This document shows, piece after piece, positions 11,700 to 24,725 of a DNA stretch of 64,000 nucleotides. The notes beneath the pieces were generated by a model. It did no database searches, was not told the origin of the DNA, and saw only the letters and a list, made by a program, of their open reading frames with translations. Location: the NCBI RefSeq assembly GCF_009834535.1, contig NC_045696.1:61444001-61508000 (forward strand), read 5' to 3'. Every line of letters starts with the position of its first letter. Position 1 is the stretch's first letter. Origin of the DNA: Camelus ferus (taxonomy: Eukaryota). The position numbers and the translations under genes were made by a program.

Positions 11700-12880
11700 A
11701 AACTTCAACCCACTTAAATTAGGCTTCTGGCTTCAACAACACACTGAAACTGTTCTTGGTCTCCAATGATTTCTTGCATCTAATGAACATTTGACCCCTA
11801 GGCAGAATTAGACATAGTTGGCCACAAGGTCCTTCTTGAACATTCTCACTCTTGGCTCCCTTTACACCCCAGTCTGGGGGTTCTCCCTCACTGACTCCTC
11901 CTTGACTGGGCCTCTTTATGTGGGGGTCTCCAGGCCTGGGTTCTGGGCCCTCTTCTTTAACTTTCCTCTAGTGACCTCATTCTTTCCCATGGTACTCAGT
12001 TCCATCTATAACACTGATGACTTCTCAAGTCTCTTAACTCCAGCTCACGTTTCCTTCAAGCTTCAGATTCACATGTCCAACTTGCTATACTACACCTGCA
12101 CTTGGAAGTACCACAATTAACACATCCAAAATGACTTCTCCCCCAACCAAACTGCTTGGTCCGCCAGTCTTCCTGCCTCAGGAGTGACACCACTACTTAC
12201 CCACTGTCTGAAATTTGAATCATTCTTAATTTCTCTTTCCTTCATTGTCCCACAATCTAATCCAACTTAAGTCTTCAAATTTCTACCTTAAAATGCATCT
12301 CTAATCTATACAATACTTCCCAGTTCCATTGCCACTCCGTTACTCTGGTCCAGGAAACTTCCGTTTTGTACCTTGGTCAGTCTCTTGCTCCCTTCTAATC
12401 CACCCTCCACACAGTAATAGCTTCTCATTATACTCTATATGAACACTGTATGAACTCCTTACTGGGCCTAATAAGGTGTTGTATGATCTGGCTCTCACAC
12501 TTTATGCACTCCCTTTGCTCACTATGCCAGACACATTGGCTTTCTTTCAATACCTTAGATACATCAAAAACTTTTCTGCTCCACAGCCTTTGCATTTGTC
12601 GTTCTGCTTGGAAGTTTTCCTCCTGCCCTTGGCATGAGCTACCTTCTTTTCATCCTCCAGGTGTCAGCCTAAATGTTAACTCCCCAACATCTTATTAAAA
12701 GCAGAATTCTGTTGACTTCTTCTCTAGTTTTGTTCATAGTATTTGAATCAAATCTATTATTTTTTCTTTTTTTTATTGTCTGTATTCGTAACTGAAAAGA
12801 AAGTTCTTCAAGGGGAGGGGCCGGGTCTGCTTTGCTCATCATGATCTCTCTCTTAACTCCTGGCTTTTCTCCCAATAACT
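11700..12880. mobile_element. L2 LINE remnants
   Basis: Pyrimidine-rich L2-like motifs ('cttcagattcacatgtccaacttgc', 'ctccacagcctttgcatttg', 'gtctgctttgctcatc'). Confidence 0.6.
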
Positions 12881-13308
12881 TAGCAATTAATTTTTTTCCT
12901 CCACCTGTTTAAGCTGAGTCCTTAATTAGTCATTAGGACTGCTAACGCTAATTTTCAAACCAGGACTGCTGGTTTGAAGACTAGACTGCTTGAACTTCCA
13001 ATATGTCAAATATAAGAATCTGACTTTCCCGACGAGGCTAGCTAACTCACTAACTCCATGACAGTTCCACCAATATTTACAGAGCGCTTACCATGAATGT
13101 TTAACATGTATCTAAGAGCAGAGATTCTAACATTACCCTTGACAAAGAGACTATGAACTAACCTTTGTCAATAAATACTATAGTGTCCTAAATATGAGAA
13201 TATGAGAGCAAGCTTCTGAAACCTGAATTGTATTAACAAAAGTAGCATCCAGAGTCTTATCTCACAAAAACAATAATGCAAAAAAACTAATACCGAAAAG
13301 TTTTTGAT

Positions 13309-13314
13309 TTTATT
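13309..13314 (-). terminator. UBXN7: Distal poly(A) signal of UBXN7
   Basis: AATAAA (minus strand) with upstream UGUA motifs (~13325-13350) and a downstream U/GU-rich element (TTAGTTTTTTTGCATTATTGTTTTTGTG, ~13263-13291). Confidence 0.7.
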
Positions 13315-16300
13315 TCCAAGATCAAATATTACAACAGGACATTTACATGTATTTATAAAAAAATGCAGCAGTTGAATTTATTATAGATCAGAGGTTTCCT
13401 TGAGTTTGGTCCCTCTCTCAGCACAGTGAGCTGATGTCTTCAAAAGACTTATCGTCCCACTCCCCTCCCTCCCCCACCCCAAATGTCCCACCGCCCCCCT
13501 CCCCAATTCAAGTTGCAGTATCAATATAAAGCAACTGGGTACAACACAGCAAGAATATTCACAATTTGGTACAGCCAAAACCAGAGGATCACCAACTGAG
13601 AGAAAGATCCTCATTTTAGAAATTATTTACCTATAGACTATGTGTATCTATAGATATATCACACCCAGTTATCTAAGATTTCCCTGGTTTTAGAGCAAGT
13701 GGAAGTTCCATTGAGTCTTAGCCAGCAGTTACAGCTCTGCTTTATCTAATGGCATGTTTTTCTCCTCCTATGAGTTTAGATTTTCTACAGCCTCCGTATG
13801 TATTCAAATTTAAGGCTTTCCCTAGCACCTTTATTATCACTTACTCGATATACAGGAGGGTCTCTAGTGTGTCTTGAACAAAAAAATTTAGTAGATGATC
13901 CAGCTGCCCCTTTCTCACAGGTCCCAAAGCCTTCTTCCCATTCTTGAGAAGAGCTACAGATACAAATGCTATCTCCTAGCACCATGGAATTAAAGCCCCA
14001 AAAACTGAGAACTGTATGTGTGTGCACTTTAGGGAGCACTTGCCAGAAACACTACAATAGGAGCACTGTCTCTGTCCATTATCTTCTTGGATTCAATAAT
14101 AACGTTACACCACAGATTAAATTTAGAGCCTGTCCTGCATTAAGAATACGAATCTCACTGAGACCACCACTTTATCTGGAATAAACTGAATACACAAACA
14201 TCCCAGGGAACCTCTAAATACCGTTAGAAACCGCTTGAGAAACACTTTAAAGTAAATACCCCAAGTTGACTTCACTCAAGTCCCCAACCCACCCCCAACC
14301 CTATCCCCAAATTTCATTCCTTGATTAACCTCTCTGAATAAGATGGGAAGTGAGGTTTGGAAAATGATATGAAAAACGTTTAAAAAACACAATTAGGGAA
14401 GACATGCCAGAATTGGACATCCAGGTGATTCAAAACGCATTGTTCAAACTGAATTCATACAAAGCATGCACAGAGCCTACAAACACAGAGCCTGAGAATT
14501 TCCATGGAACAATCAACATCTACTTGAAAAACGGCTTTGTCTTTTGAAGGGTTAAAAAAAAAAAAAAAGACACCAGAGGCTTAGAAGCTAACAATCAAAA
14601 GGAAAACCATTCTAGAAAAAAGGATTCTTAAAGGAGTGAATAAAATATGTCTAACAGATTCATGCCAAAGCTTGGCTAGAAGCCCCTCAAAGTCTAAGTA
14701 TCATGTTAGCTCAACTGGTACTCATTTCTCTGTATCGAAGACTAGAGGATTATCTCACAGCTTTACTGTCTGTTTCCCAGCAAGTTTTAAATTGCCTTTC
14801 CAAATCAAAGGGACAAACCTAGGAAAGTAACAACGCAAAAGCCCCTAAATAGATAAGATAAACAGCCCCTACAAGCTTGATACTCATTAACAAAGTGGAG
14901 GTCACATACTACTTTCATTCTAGTTAGCAGGTAAAAGGGGATTATTTTGGTGGCAATGGTCACTCCATGTGAGGTTTAACTTACAGGGCAATAAATTATC
15001 AAAAAGCTATTGTTAAGAGCATATGATTAGTGTCAAAAACCTATTTATATTTTGAATCACACCATTATATTTTTCATTATTAAAACACAGAAGTTTTGAG
15101 AAAAGCACACTATAAAACCATTTTGTTGAAAACATCAAGATACTCTACTGAGCATCAACATTCCAATGTCACTAACTTGAAATATATCCTGGTGACATGT
15201 ACTCTAAAGTCAGCAACCTTGACGGAATGAAAAAAAAAAAGCAGAATGGCAGGGAATGGCTCCAGATCAAGAATCTCTCTCCCTTGTCAGTTAAGATGCC
15301 CATACTGAGTCTATGAAAAAAGCAAATAGGAAAGATTGTAAGGAAGGGAGAATTCAATTCCAGGTCAGAATTTTTCTAATGATTTGAAATGCTTCCCATT
15401 TTATTTACCATGTCTAATAAATGAATGATTCATGGTGGCCCAGTACAATTAATAACTTCTTTTAATGGAGATAAAAATTTTCTTATGTTAAATCCAGCTT
15501 ATTCTTCCTATTTGAAAACCCAAGTGACCTTATAAGGGATATAAATTCTTAGGGCATTTTGATCTCTGTAAAGGAAATACTTTAAAACAAACAACAAAAA
15601 CTTGCTCTTTGTTGCAACAGAATTAAGTACAACAAGACAACTTTCCATATTTATAGATTAATATGTGATTGTTCTTAGGCAAAATACTACCATTGGTATT
15701 TGTATCTCTAATCCTACAAGTAAATCTGGTTATCTTTTGAAAATACTTTACAGAAATGCTAAATTATGTTTTATTAAAGTAGTTCATTAGATTGCCCAAC
15801 TCTACTTTGAGATCATGTCAAAGAAAGACCTCTACCAAAAATGATCATGTTTATGAGAATGACTGAGATTCTAAGTCATACAACAGCATTCCATAGGCAA
15901 AAAAAAAAAAGGGGGGGGGGAGGCATGTCATGGAGCTAGCTATTCTATATTTAGAATAAGAATTCTTAAATAAGCTATAAAAACAATGTTTGCCTCTAAT
16001 TCTTTCCTTGTATATTAATTTATAAAAAATGAAAAATGTTACATTTAAAAACTTAGAAATGGAATCTCCAATTTCATTGAAAACCATGACTAATTTTCAG
16101 AGAATGGTTGTCAAAAATCAAGACTAAATAATAGAAAAGTAAAAGAAAGTAGAAAGATTTTCTAACTAAGGGTCTCATTACACCCAATAATTTAACCACA
16201 AGATCACTTGATGGGAAAACTACCAAGGTCATCGTAATCTCTATAAAAAGTATTCTAGACTCTAAGCCGTCTCTCTAGCAGAATTACCAGAGAAGTAAAT

Positions 16301-18379
16301 CAAAGACCAAAGTAGCCATCACTGAAATACCAAATTTTTCCATATCAGGAGAAATCAACATATTGCCTTGGTATTCTTTGTTGGTTATTTTCAGTACTAA
16401 AGAACACTCTTGACATCATTCTACAATGTGTACAGTGCAATACTAAGTTTCATGGCAAGACAGGAATTGAAATGCTAAGCAAGGCAAATCAATGAAGTTG
16501 AATATTCATAGTACACAGCTGTCTTAAAATAGCCTTTTAATCAAGGCTACTATTATTGAAAAATTGCCATGTTCACCAGAAGAGTGGGTTCTTCTTACTC
16601 TCATTTAGTTCTACACAAGACATTAGTTATTCATCAGCCTGCATCCCATGATTTACTATTGAGTAGTTAAATGAAAGAGGGTCAGAGAGACAGAGAGAAT
16701 GACACCATGGAGATACAATATGGAATAAGAAATATTTTAAAAATCAGCCTAATTGGATTTTGAAAAACTTGTTTCTACCAAAACCAAGTGTGAATTCTAC
16801 AACTTACACAAATCGATTTCCTAACAATTGCTCAGCCAATAAAGTGCTTTGTTTTATCACACACATAAAATACAATTTAACTCTGGTGTCAGTAAAATAT
16901 TTGGTATTCATTAATTACATTTTAGCCATACTCAACACTGATTAGGAACACAGCATTAAGTTTTAAAATCAATAAATTGTGTTTAAAAGATAATTACTAG
17001 ATCAGTAACTATGTGTAACTAATGTACTCTCCTTTTTGGAGATTTCATTCATCACAGTAAGGGTACATCATGTTATTCAGCAAACGAAACCTAGACACAG
17101 AAAAGCAAAGGAACTGATTAACAAGTATATTTTTAATTAACCTATGGATAGATAATATATAAAATAAAGGGAAGAGACTAGAAGCATTAAATTTTGGAGT
17201 GGAAAAGACTTTGGAGATAAATCTAATTCAATAGTCTATAGTCGTGCGTTGTCAAGAGTTTCTGCAAAGGGTCTGCAATTCCATATACACATTTATATTT
17301 TCTCCATCTAAAGAATTAATGATATTAACACTTAACCCACAACTCCCCACCACTGCCTAATTTTAAAATTACAGGCCCTTTTATACTTGAACAGACAGAA
17401 CTGTTGGTCTAGTTCTATTCTGCTATTTAGAAGCAGAGCTGTTACCCAAGTACACTTATGCCTACATATAGTGTCCCTTCTGCATATCATATCATATATA
17501 ATATACCATACATTTAATTTGTACCTGGGTAGAGAAATTAAATCTTTCCTTTACTTTTCAGTTGCTAGTGGCACCCTCTGGTATTTTCCAAGTGAGATTC
17601 TTGCTAGCTAAAATCTTTAATCCTAGAATCAATAATCCTTTCCTACTTGGGTACTGGATATGCCTTACTGATAAAAGTCATATCCTAAATCTAATAGTTT
17701 TAAAAGGTGGAACTAAAGAATAAAAGTGAGTTGAAAGAAAATCTGAGCCACAGTATTTGCCACTTTTCAGTTTTATTTTCCTAACTAAAGCCTACACTAT
17801 TCTTTACCCTTTCTAAACTTCTTTTGTAATTATAGTTCAGTCTCAGAAAGGTAAGCTTTACATGTTCTCCAGTTATCTCACATGTAGTGTGTCTCTCCAG
17901 CTAAAACAGGCAGGAACCAGATCTTAGATTTCAAGATTTTTCCCAATTTTGATTAAGGACTCAATAAATAATTGTTAACTTACAGAGTCAAGGAAGTAGA
18001 ATTTTATATATTTAAAAACATACACATAGAAGGTTCAATAATCTAGTACAATGGGATACAGAAAAGATAATTATATCTTTTCCAAAAAATTGTTAAAAAT
18101 TTGATAAAATTCTTTATATTTTCCATCTATTCTTGGCAAATAATGCCTTAGTTATTTTCCTTTCACATTTTCATCAGTACATCATTTAAAAAAAGCAATT
18201 AGTAATCAGTCCCTCAAAATAATGGTGTAAATAAGAATTTATAGGCATAGCACCAATCTCACAAGCTTTAACAAAACCAAATGATAACTTACAGAGCCAA
18301 ACAATGGGAAGATAACCTTTTGAGCAAATTGATTTCCCTGTTACAGGAGACTACAAGCATAGGAGTGAAGAGCGTGAAT

Positions 18380-18540
18380 GCCAATTTTGATTTTACCACT
18401 TACTAGCTGTGACATCCTGGACAAGTTCTCTGAACTTCAGTTCTCTTCCTTATCTGTAAAATGGGGGAGAAATAAGCATTCTGTAGAGTTCTTATGAAGA
18501 CTAAAGACTAAAGTATCTAGCATATGGTAGTTACTCAAAA
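18380..18540. mobile_element. MIR SINE remnant within the 3' UTR
   Basis: 'accacttactagctgtgacatcctggacaagttctctgaacttcagtt..tatctgtaaaatgggg' MIR core. Confidence 0.75.
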
Positions 18541-21440
18541 TTAGTTCCCCATTCTTCCCTCATTTGGCTGTTCTCTTCTCTGGTCTCTTCCTAAATAAAA
18601 TTCAAAAGATTTCCTGTTACTTTTCCTCCCACTAGTTTTCATTTCATCTCTCTGTATGTGTCTCCTGTCATTTACTCTATCTTGTTGTTTTCCTGTCTAC
18701 CTTTTAAAATCTCTTTTAAGCTGTTTCCAATACTGACAAGGAATGACTATTTTAACCTATCTTACTAACTTCATTTTATCTATTCAATAAAACCTCTCCT
18801 CCAAAGAGCTAAGGAATTTGCAGAGGAAGTAAGACAAACTGGAGGAAGCATGCTACCTAAGTGGATTAAGTTCTTGAACAAAGCACAATCCATACTCTTC
18901 CTGTACACAACCCATGCCTCCCCTGTGGGCCTCTATATCAAGCCCAGGATAATCACACTCCTGCTTCAAAATAAAATAAAATCCTCTACATCTTGTACTC
19001 TAAACACCCCAGTTGTATCTAAGCTGGACCAGCATCTCATGCTCTATCTCTCTGATATGCTTACTTAAATCACTTTGCTGTGGTCATTTCACAGTAAGCG
19101 AAGTTGAAAAAGTCACTTTGGTTTCTCATAAATGAATATGCCAGGGCTGAACTTATCAGAAAGAACTACATCCTAATATTAATGAGCATGTTTTCTCAAG
19201 TTCTCTAGGTATGATTTGTAAAGAGAAACTAGTAGGTAAAAGAATGAAACAGAGTCCTGTGGGGAAAATTCTTGACTTCATATTTTCGACAGATTTGGGC
19301 TTTAGCTGTGACTTTGCTGAGAGTAAAGATAGGTGCCATCACAGCACCAAAGCTGAGCATACCCTCACTTCTTACCCTGTGCCTCCCAGAATTTTTAGAT
19401 TTCTGACCTTGTCTACAACCAACCTTTTTTTTTTTAACCCTCTAACACATCTTTGTATATAGCTCCATTCTTCAGATAGCAAGTATATTATCCAAGTTCA
19501 GAGATACAATTGAGGAATTAACATGAAAACCATGTTTCCTCAATAAAGCAGAAGCTGCTAGTTAGGCTTGAGAGCCTATGAAAAAACACCAAAGTGGTAT
19601 TACTCAGTCACCAATCTAGAGAGAGAACTTTGACTCAAGGTATAAATGAAATTGTAATTATATAAATATATTTATAAATATTTATACAATTATATACTTA
19701 TACATAAGCACTTACACAGACTTAGAAAAAAATGTAAGAACATTAATTCAAAAGGACTCACTGAAGAATAAACAGAATTTTCCATGATTTCCTTGAGGAG
19801 ATACATAACTCATTCTTTAGGGAGGGTCCCTCAAAGTCCAACCATTAGAAACCATATTTTCTGTGTACTAGCAACACACTAGCATCTTTTTTTTTTTTTA
19901 ATCCCCTAGTTGCCAAGAGAGTGATCTTAAAGTAGATGGGAACCTAAAGGTCTCTGAGCAATAGCAATTTATGTTCCTCAAGTAGAAGAATCAATCTAAT
20001 CCCAATCAACAAAATAGGTTCATTCTGTATGATGGTTTCATAACAATTAAAGTTCTGATTTTGCCACCAGAATTACTGCCACCCCTTCAGAAGACTATTT
20101 AAAGCTCCAAATAAGAATTGAGCGTATAGTGAAGCTGATTAAGTCAAACAGTATTACAGAAATTCATGATGGCCTCTCCTAAATAAATACTGAAAAACTC
20201 TTTCACCAACTACAACCTGAATGTGGCCTTTGTTGGCAGAAAAACCCCACATCATCTGAAGATTACTGGTAATCTTCCCCACCTCCCTTACTAAATGTTG
20301 TCCTATGAATGGATTTTAGAAGTCTTTCCCTTAGAGAGCTTTTCCATTTTGATACCTTTTTCAAGAAACAGCATGAGAAATTAAGCTCATTCAGTCACCA
20401 GAGCCTTTTAGAGACTGTTCCAACTAGGGGTAAAAAATGAATCATTATTTTTAACCAAAGGAACATGGTTAGCAACTCTCAGCTGCATCTTTTTCTTTCC
20501 CCCACCCCGGGACATATATTAAGTATGCCTTAAAGCACATAGGACAACCAATAACCATAGTGGTTACAACCACAAGCCATTGTACTCATGATTATTGAAC
20601 AGCTGCCTTCCTACAGATCACTTGTGGACCCAAACAATGGAAGGGCCAAAGGAACTAATATGCTGTATTGGCAAAAACAGCAAGCACCTTCCTATTCCAG
20701 TCACCACAATGTGCTCATGAAATGTCCATTCCAGGACTAGCAGGATCAAGACAGTTTATAGACAGTAGCAAAGAAAGCTGTCTCAGGCTAGGATACTGAA
20801 AGCCACGCCATGCTACTCACGCTAATTTAACACTCTTTTTGCCAATAACACATATCGTGGAAATAATCCTATCTGGGAAGATGGGAATCTTTTGAAAAAA
20901 ATTTTAAATATGATGAGCAATAATTATAAAGGATGCTTTTTCCATGTAAACAAAAGCCTGGACACTTTGTTATGTGATATTTCCTATATGAACAAAAAAT
21001 CAAAACAAATGCTAAAGAATTTCTTCTCCCTACTAAAAATGGGGCTTACAAAAAGGGGAGGTTGTTCTTGTTCTGAATCTAACCATTCCTTTACCAAAGA
21101 AGACTGAAGAGTAACATTATCATTTGATCCCCCAAAAATGCCATGTAAGAGACCACTTATTGGAACGTACATTTCCTGCTGCCAGTACTAGGAGATCTTA
21201 TCCTAACACTTCCATTTGGTCACCAGAGTAGGAAAAAGAAGAAAATAGGAGAGGAGAGAATTAACAGGGGTGGGAGAGAGACTGATTTTAAGAGAGAGCA
21301 AGAAATAAAACAGAAGGCAGGTGACTTGCTTGCCCAACTTTGGCCCTGTGGTCCTATGAGCCAAAACGCATACTCAGTGACATGGTATCTCACAGAACAA
21401 GGGAAAAAAGGGGTAAGCTGAGAGAGGTCAGGCCATGATG

Positions 21441-21602
21441 TTAATTTCTTTCCTGTACAAAGACAGTCTCTTGAGGACAAAGCCCTGCCTCTTGTAACGT
21501 AATATCATAGTCCAGATGAGAGAGTTTCCTTCGAGGGAAGTTGGTGAGAAGTTCAAAACGTTCATTTGGATATCCTTTAGACTGAACATGCTTCACCAAA
21601 GC
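21441..21602 (-). CDS. UBXN7: UBXN7 exon 11 coding part (162 nt, UBX C-terminus, TAA)
   Basis: CATAG|GCT acceptor; [53 protein letters not shown]. Confidence 0.97.
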   Translation of the reverse strand, partial: ALVKHVQSKGYPNERFELLTNFPRRKLSHLDYDITLQEAGLCPQETVFVQERN

Positions 21603-24600
21603 CTATGAAAAATAAGAGAAAGACAAAGTTGTTAGATGGAAATAAAAAGGAGAGCATACTGAAGAATTAAAAATCTAATATTCACTTTTATATCAGATGA
21701 GATATAAGTTTAAGTTATTCTTTTAGATAATCGAAGCTCACTCTTGTGGAAGGGCCAATATAACCCTTTGGATGGGGAGATAATAAACCTGTAACCAATA
21801 GTTTAGAGCCATTAAGTAACACTGAAATATACAGGATTATTATTGTCTCTCCAGTAAACAAACCCAGTATCTATTTATAAAATTATTGTCCTCATTTTTA
21901 AACATTTTATCAGTTTTCCTTCCCTCTTTTTATCAGGGAAGATATGTCCTTCATTCTACCTATAGCCATTCTTGCCACCTGTGCACTGAATCCTTTTTTT
22001 GCCTTCTCAGAAACTGTGCCACTGCAGAATACCACTCTTATAGGTATCTTTAACATCTCCTTCTCTATAGATGCTTCTCATCAGAATTAAATATGGTCAG
22101 TCTCTCCTTTAATCATCTTTCCCCCTCTGATTACTGCCCACTCCCTACTCTAGCTTCACAACTAGACTTCTCAAAAAAGTGGTCTATACTTATTCCATTC
22201 ATTGTCTCATCTCCCATTCCCTTCCCATTACTAGACTAGGGTGACAGTCTGGGTATTAGCACCAGAGGCCAGACCCTACTTGCATTCCAGTTATAGTCTT
22301 CAAGAATCTAATTATCTCCTAGCTGCAGTAAGTGGCCAGGTATGAACACTTGACCCAAGGGGGTTCATTCATATGCAAGTTAAGCTAGTCAGATTCATTC
22401 TCTTTTCCCAGAGTTGAAAAATACAGAGAGAAGACCCATCAGCTGTGGACTTGAGGAAAAGGCTCTCACAGCATCACTATGATGGATTATATACAAGCGG
22501 TTTTATAAACAAAAGCCACCAGAATACAGAGAATAATGGTATGAAGTAGAGAATCACAAGGGGAAACCAAATAGGTCCCATGAGAGAAATACAGAGGAAA
22601 ACAGTCTTGGTTCTGAACTACTTCACAGTTCCAACTACTAGGAAATCCAGGAGCCCCACTATATTCTTTAAATAACCCCAATCCCCTTTTCCAGTAATTT
22701 CAGTTGGGTTTCTATTACATGCAGCCATGGAACAGAAAAACCTTGACTGGAACAGACTATGTGAGTGCCCGAGATAATATGGGAAGGAAATAAAGCAGTT
22801 AGAATTAAGATTCACCACAGTTAAGTTTCCAGCTGGAGGTCAGCCTTAACACCAATTTTAAAGAATTATCAAGCTAATTACACCAATTAGTTTTTTTTGC
22901 TTCATGTAAATGCTTCCAATTAGATACACTTACTAGTAGTTTAGCTTGCTCTGGAAGAGTGATTTGTTCCCTTTTTCCATCTGGATACCGCAACATCAGC
23001 TGTGCTTTTGGTCCTAAAGTAAGGGTTGAAAAAAATACAGGAGCTTAAGACAGAAGACTAACTTAAACAAATAAATGAATCCCTTCAGTAATATTCAAGT
23101 TTAAGTAAAATAAGCCTAACATGTAACTCACCATTTACATCTATGCCCTCCACTATTCCATCTGATTTTTCGGGTGACATTTCCAATATTTCCGAATCCA
23201 CGGCTGGCAATCCTTGGTGGTTTATGGCTGTTCCAGGCTCAGTTCTGGTGGGGGGCTCAGTCAGTGGCCTTCTGTTCTCCTCTTTTCTATGCCCCAAATC
23301 TTTGTGGGGAGACTTCCTAGATTTGGCAAGATTCTCTATCTCCTCTTCTTCATCAGAGCCACAAACGGATATGAACTCCTCACTGCCAGAAAAAAGTTCA
23401 GATTCAGATTCTTCATCTGAGCGGCTATCCTGTTTTGTCTGTGTGGAATCAAAATGTGTCTCTTGCAAGGAGGCTCTGATGGCAGCTTCTAGCTGGCTGT
23501 CTTCACTTGCATCTATAAGGCTCTCCTGCAAGATGCAGTCATAAAACATGGGTAGAAAGAAAAAGAAAACAGTTAAATCAAAATAGATAGTCAAATCAAG
23601 CAGGGCATAAAAAATGTAATAGTCAGCTTGCATTATTATTTTCTGCTGAATGGATCTCTTCTACTAAATTTTAAGCTATTTGAGGGCAATAACTTTGTTT
23701 TACCCAGCCAAGCTGAAATGGATATTTTAAGAACAAAAATTAAAAGTGTTATGCTACCTGGCACAATGATTGACAAGTGTAGGGTGTTTTTTGCTTTTTT
23801 GCATCAAAATGAATAAAACCAAGAAAGTAATTTATTCTCTGTCCAGAAAAAGACCAGGATTAAAGTTTTAAATATCGAGCCAAAAAACATCAGTCTTTAA
23901 AATGACTAAACAGAAAGATGTCTCTCTTGCTCACCACTGTATACTTCAACAAGCACTACTTGGCACACAGAAGGGTATTAATAAATAACTCAGTAATGAT
24001 CATTTTGCAAAAAATCTAAGTCAGATTTTTAACATTCAAAACAAAACATCATACAATAAATAGGAAAAAAACCTATATTTTCCTAAGCTTAATTCCAATG
24101 AAGGCTTTCATGTGATCATGAGAAATGAAAATTTTAATAGTTTCCTGTTGGAAAAGTTCTAATGTCACAGATTTCACTAAATTTATTGAGTCACAAAATA
24201 CGGATTGCTTGAGTGGAACTTATTCAAATCCTAACTCAAATAAACTACACACACACAAATTCTTTTTATGGTAACTAAACTTGAACACTGGATATCTTAT
24301 GATATAAAAGAATCAATGTTAATTGTTTAAGGTTGTGTTAATGGTATTGTGCTTATTTTAAAAAAAAGAAAAAGAATCTATCTTTTAAAGATACATGCCA
24401 AAGTATTAATGAATGAAACAATGAATTCTGAAATTTGCTTCAAAATAATGTGCAGAGAATGGGGTATAGCTGAAACAAGACTGGCCACGTGTTAATTACT
24501 GAAATTAGTTAATGGATACATAGAGGCTCAATAAATTCCTTCTACTTTAAAATTTTCCACATTAAAAGGTTCAAAAATGTATAGGTTGCTAACAAAAAAC

Positions 24601-24694
24601 TAAAGGAACCTCAATGTGGCTTTCTCTATCTGCCAATCATATAGTTAAAAAATTAAAGAAAACATTTTAAAGAAACGTAAGGCTAATTTACCAC

Positions 24695-24725
<31 letters not shown>

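Larger units (their letters stand above)
13290..21440 (-). other. UBXN7: UBXN7 long 3' UTR (inferred, about 8.1 kb)
   Basis: Repeat-poor unique AT-rich sequence between the TAA stop and a well-formed distal poly(A) site; mammalian UBXN7 has a multi-kb 3' UTR as I recall. Confidence 0.6.

Noticed and set aside
23085..23633. 182-aa ORF as a standalone gene or extended exon
   Set aside because: It is UBXN7 exon 9 plus chance open intronic flanks; canonical splice sites lie at 23525 and 23132. The antisense 133-aa ORF is its shadow.
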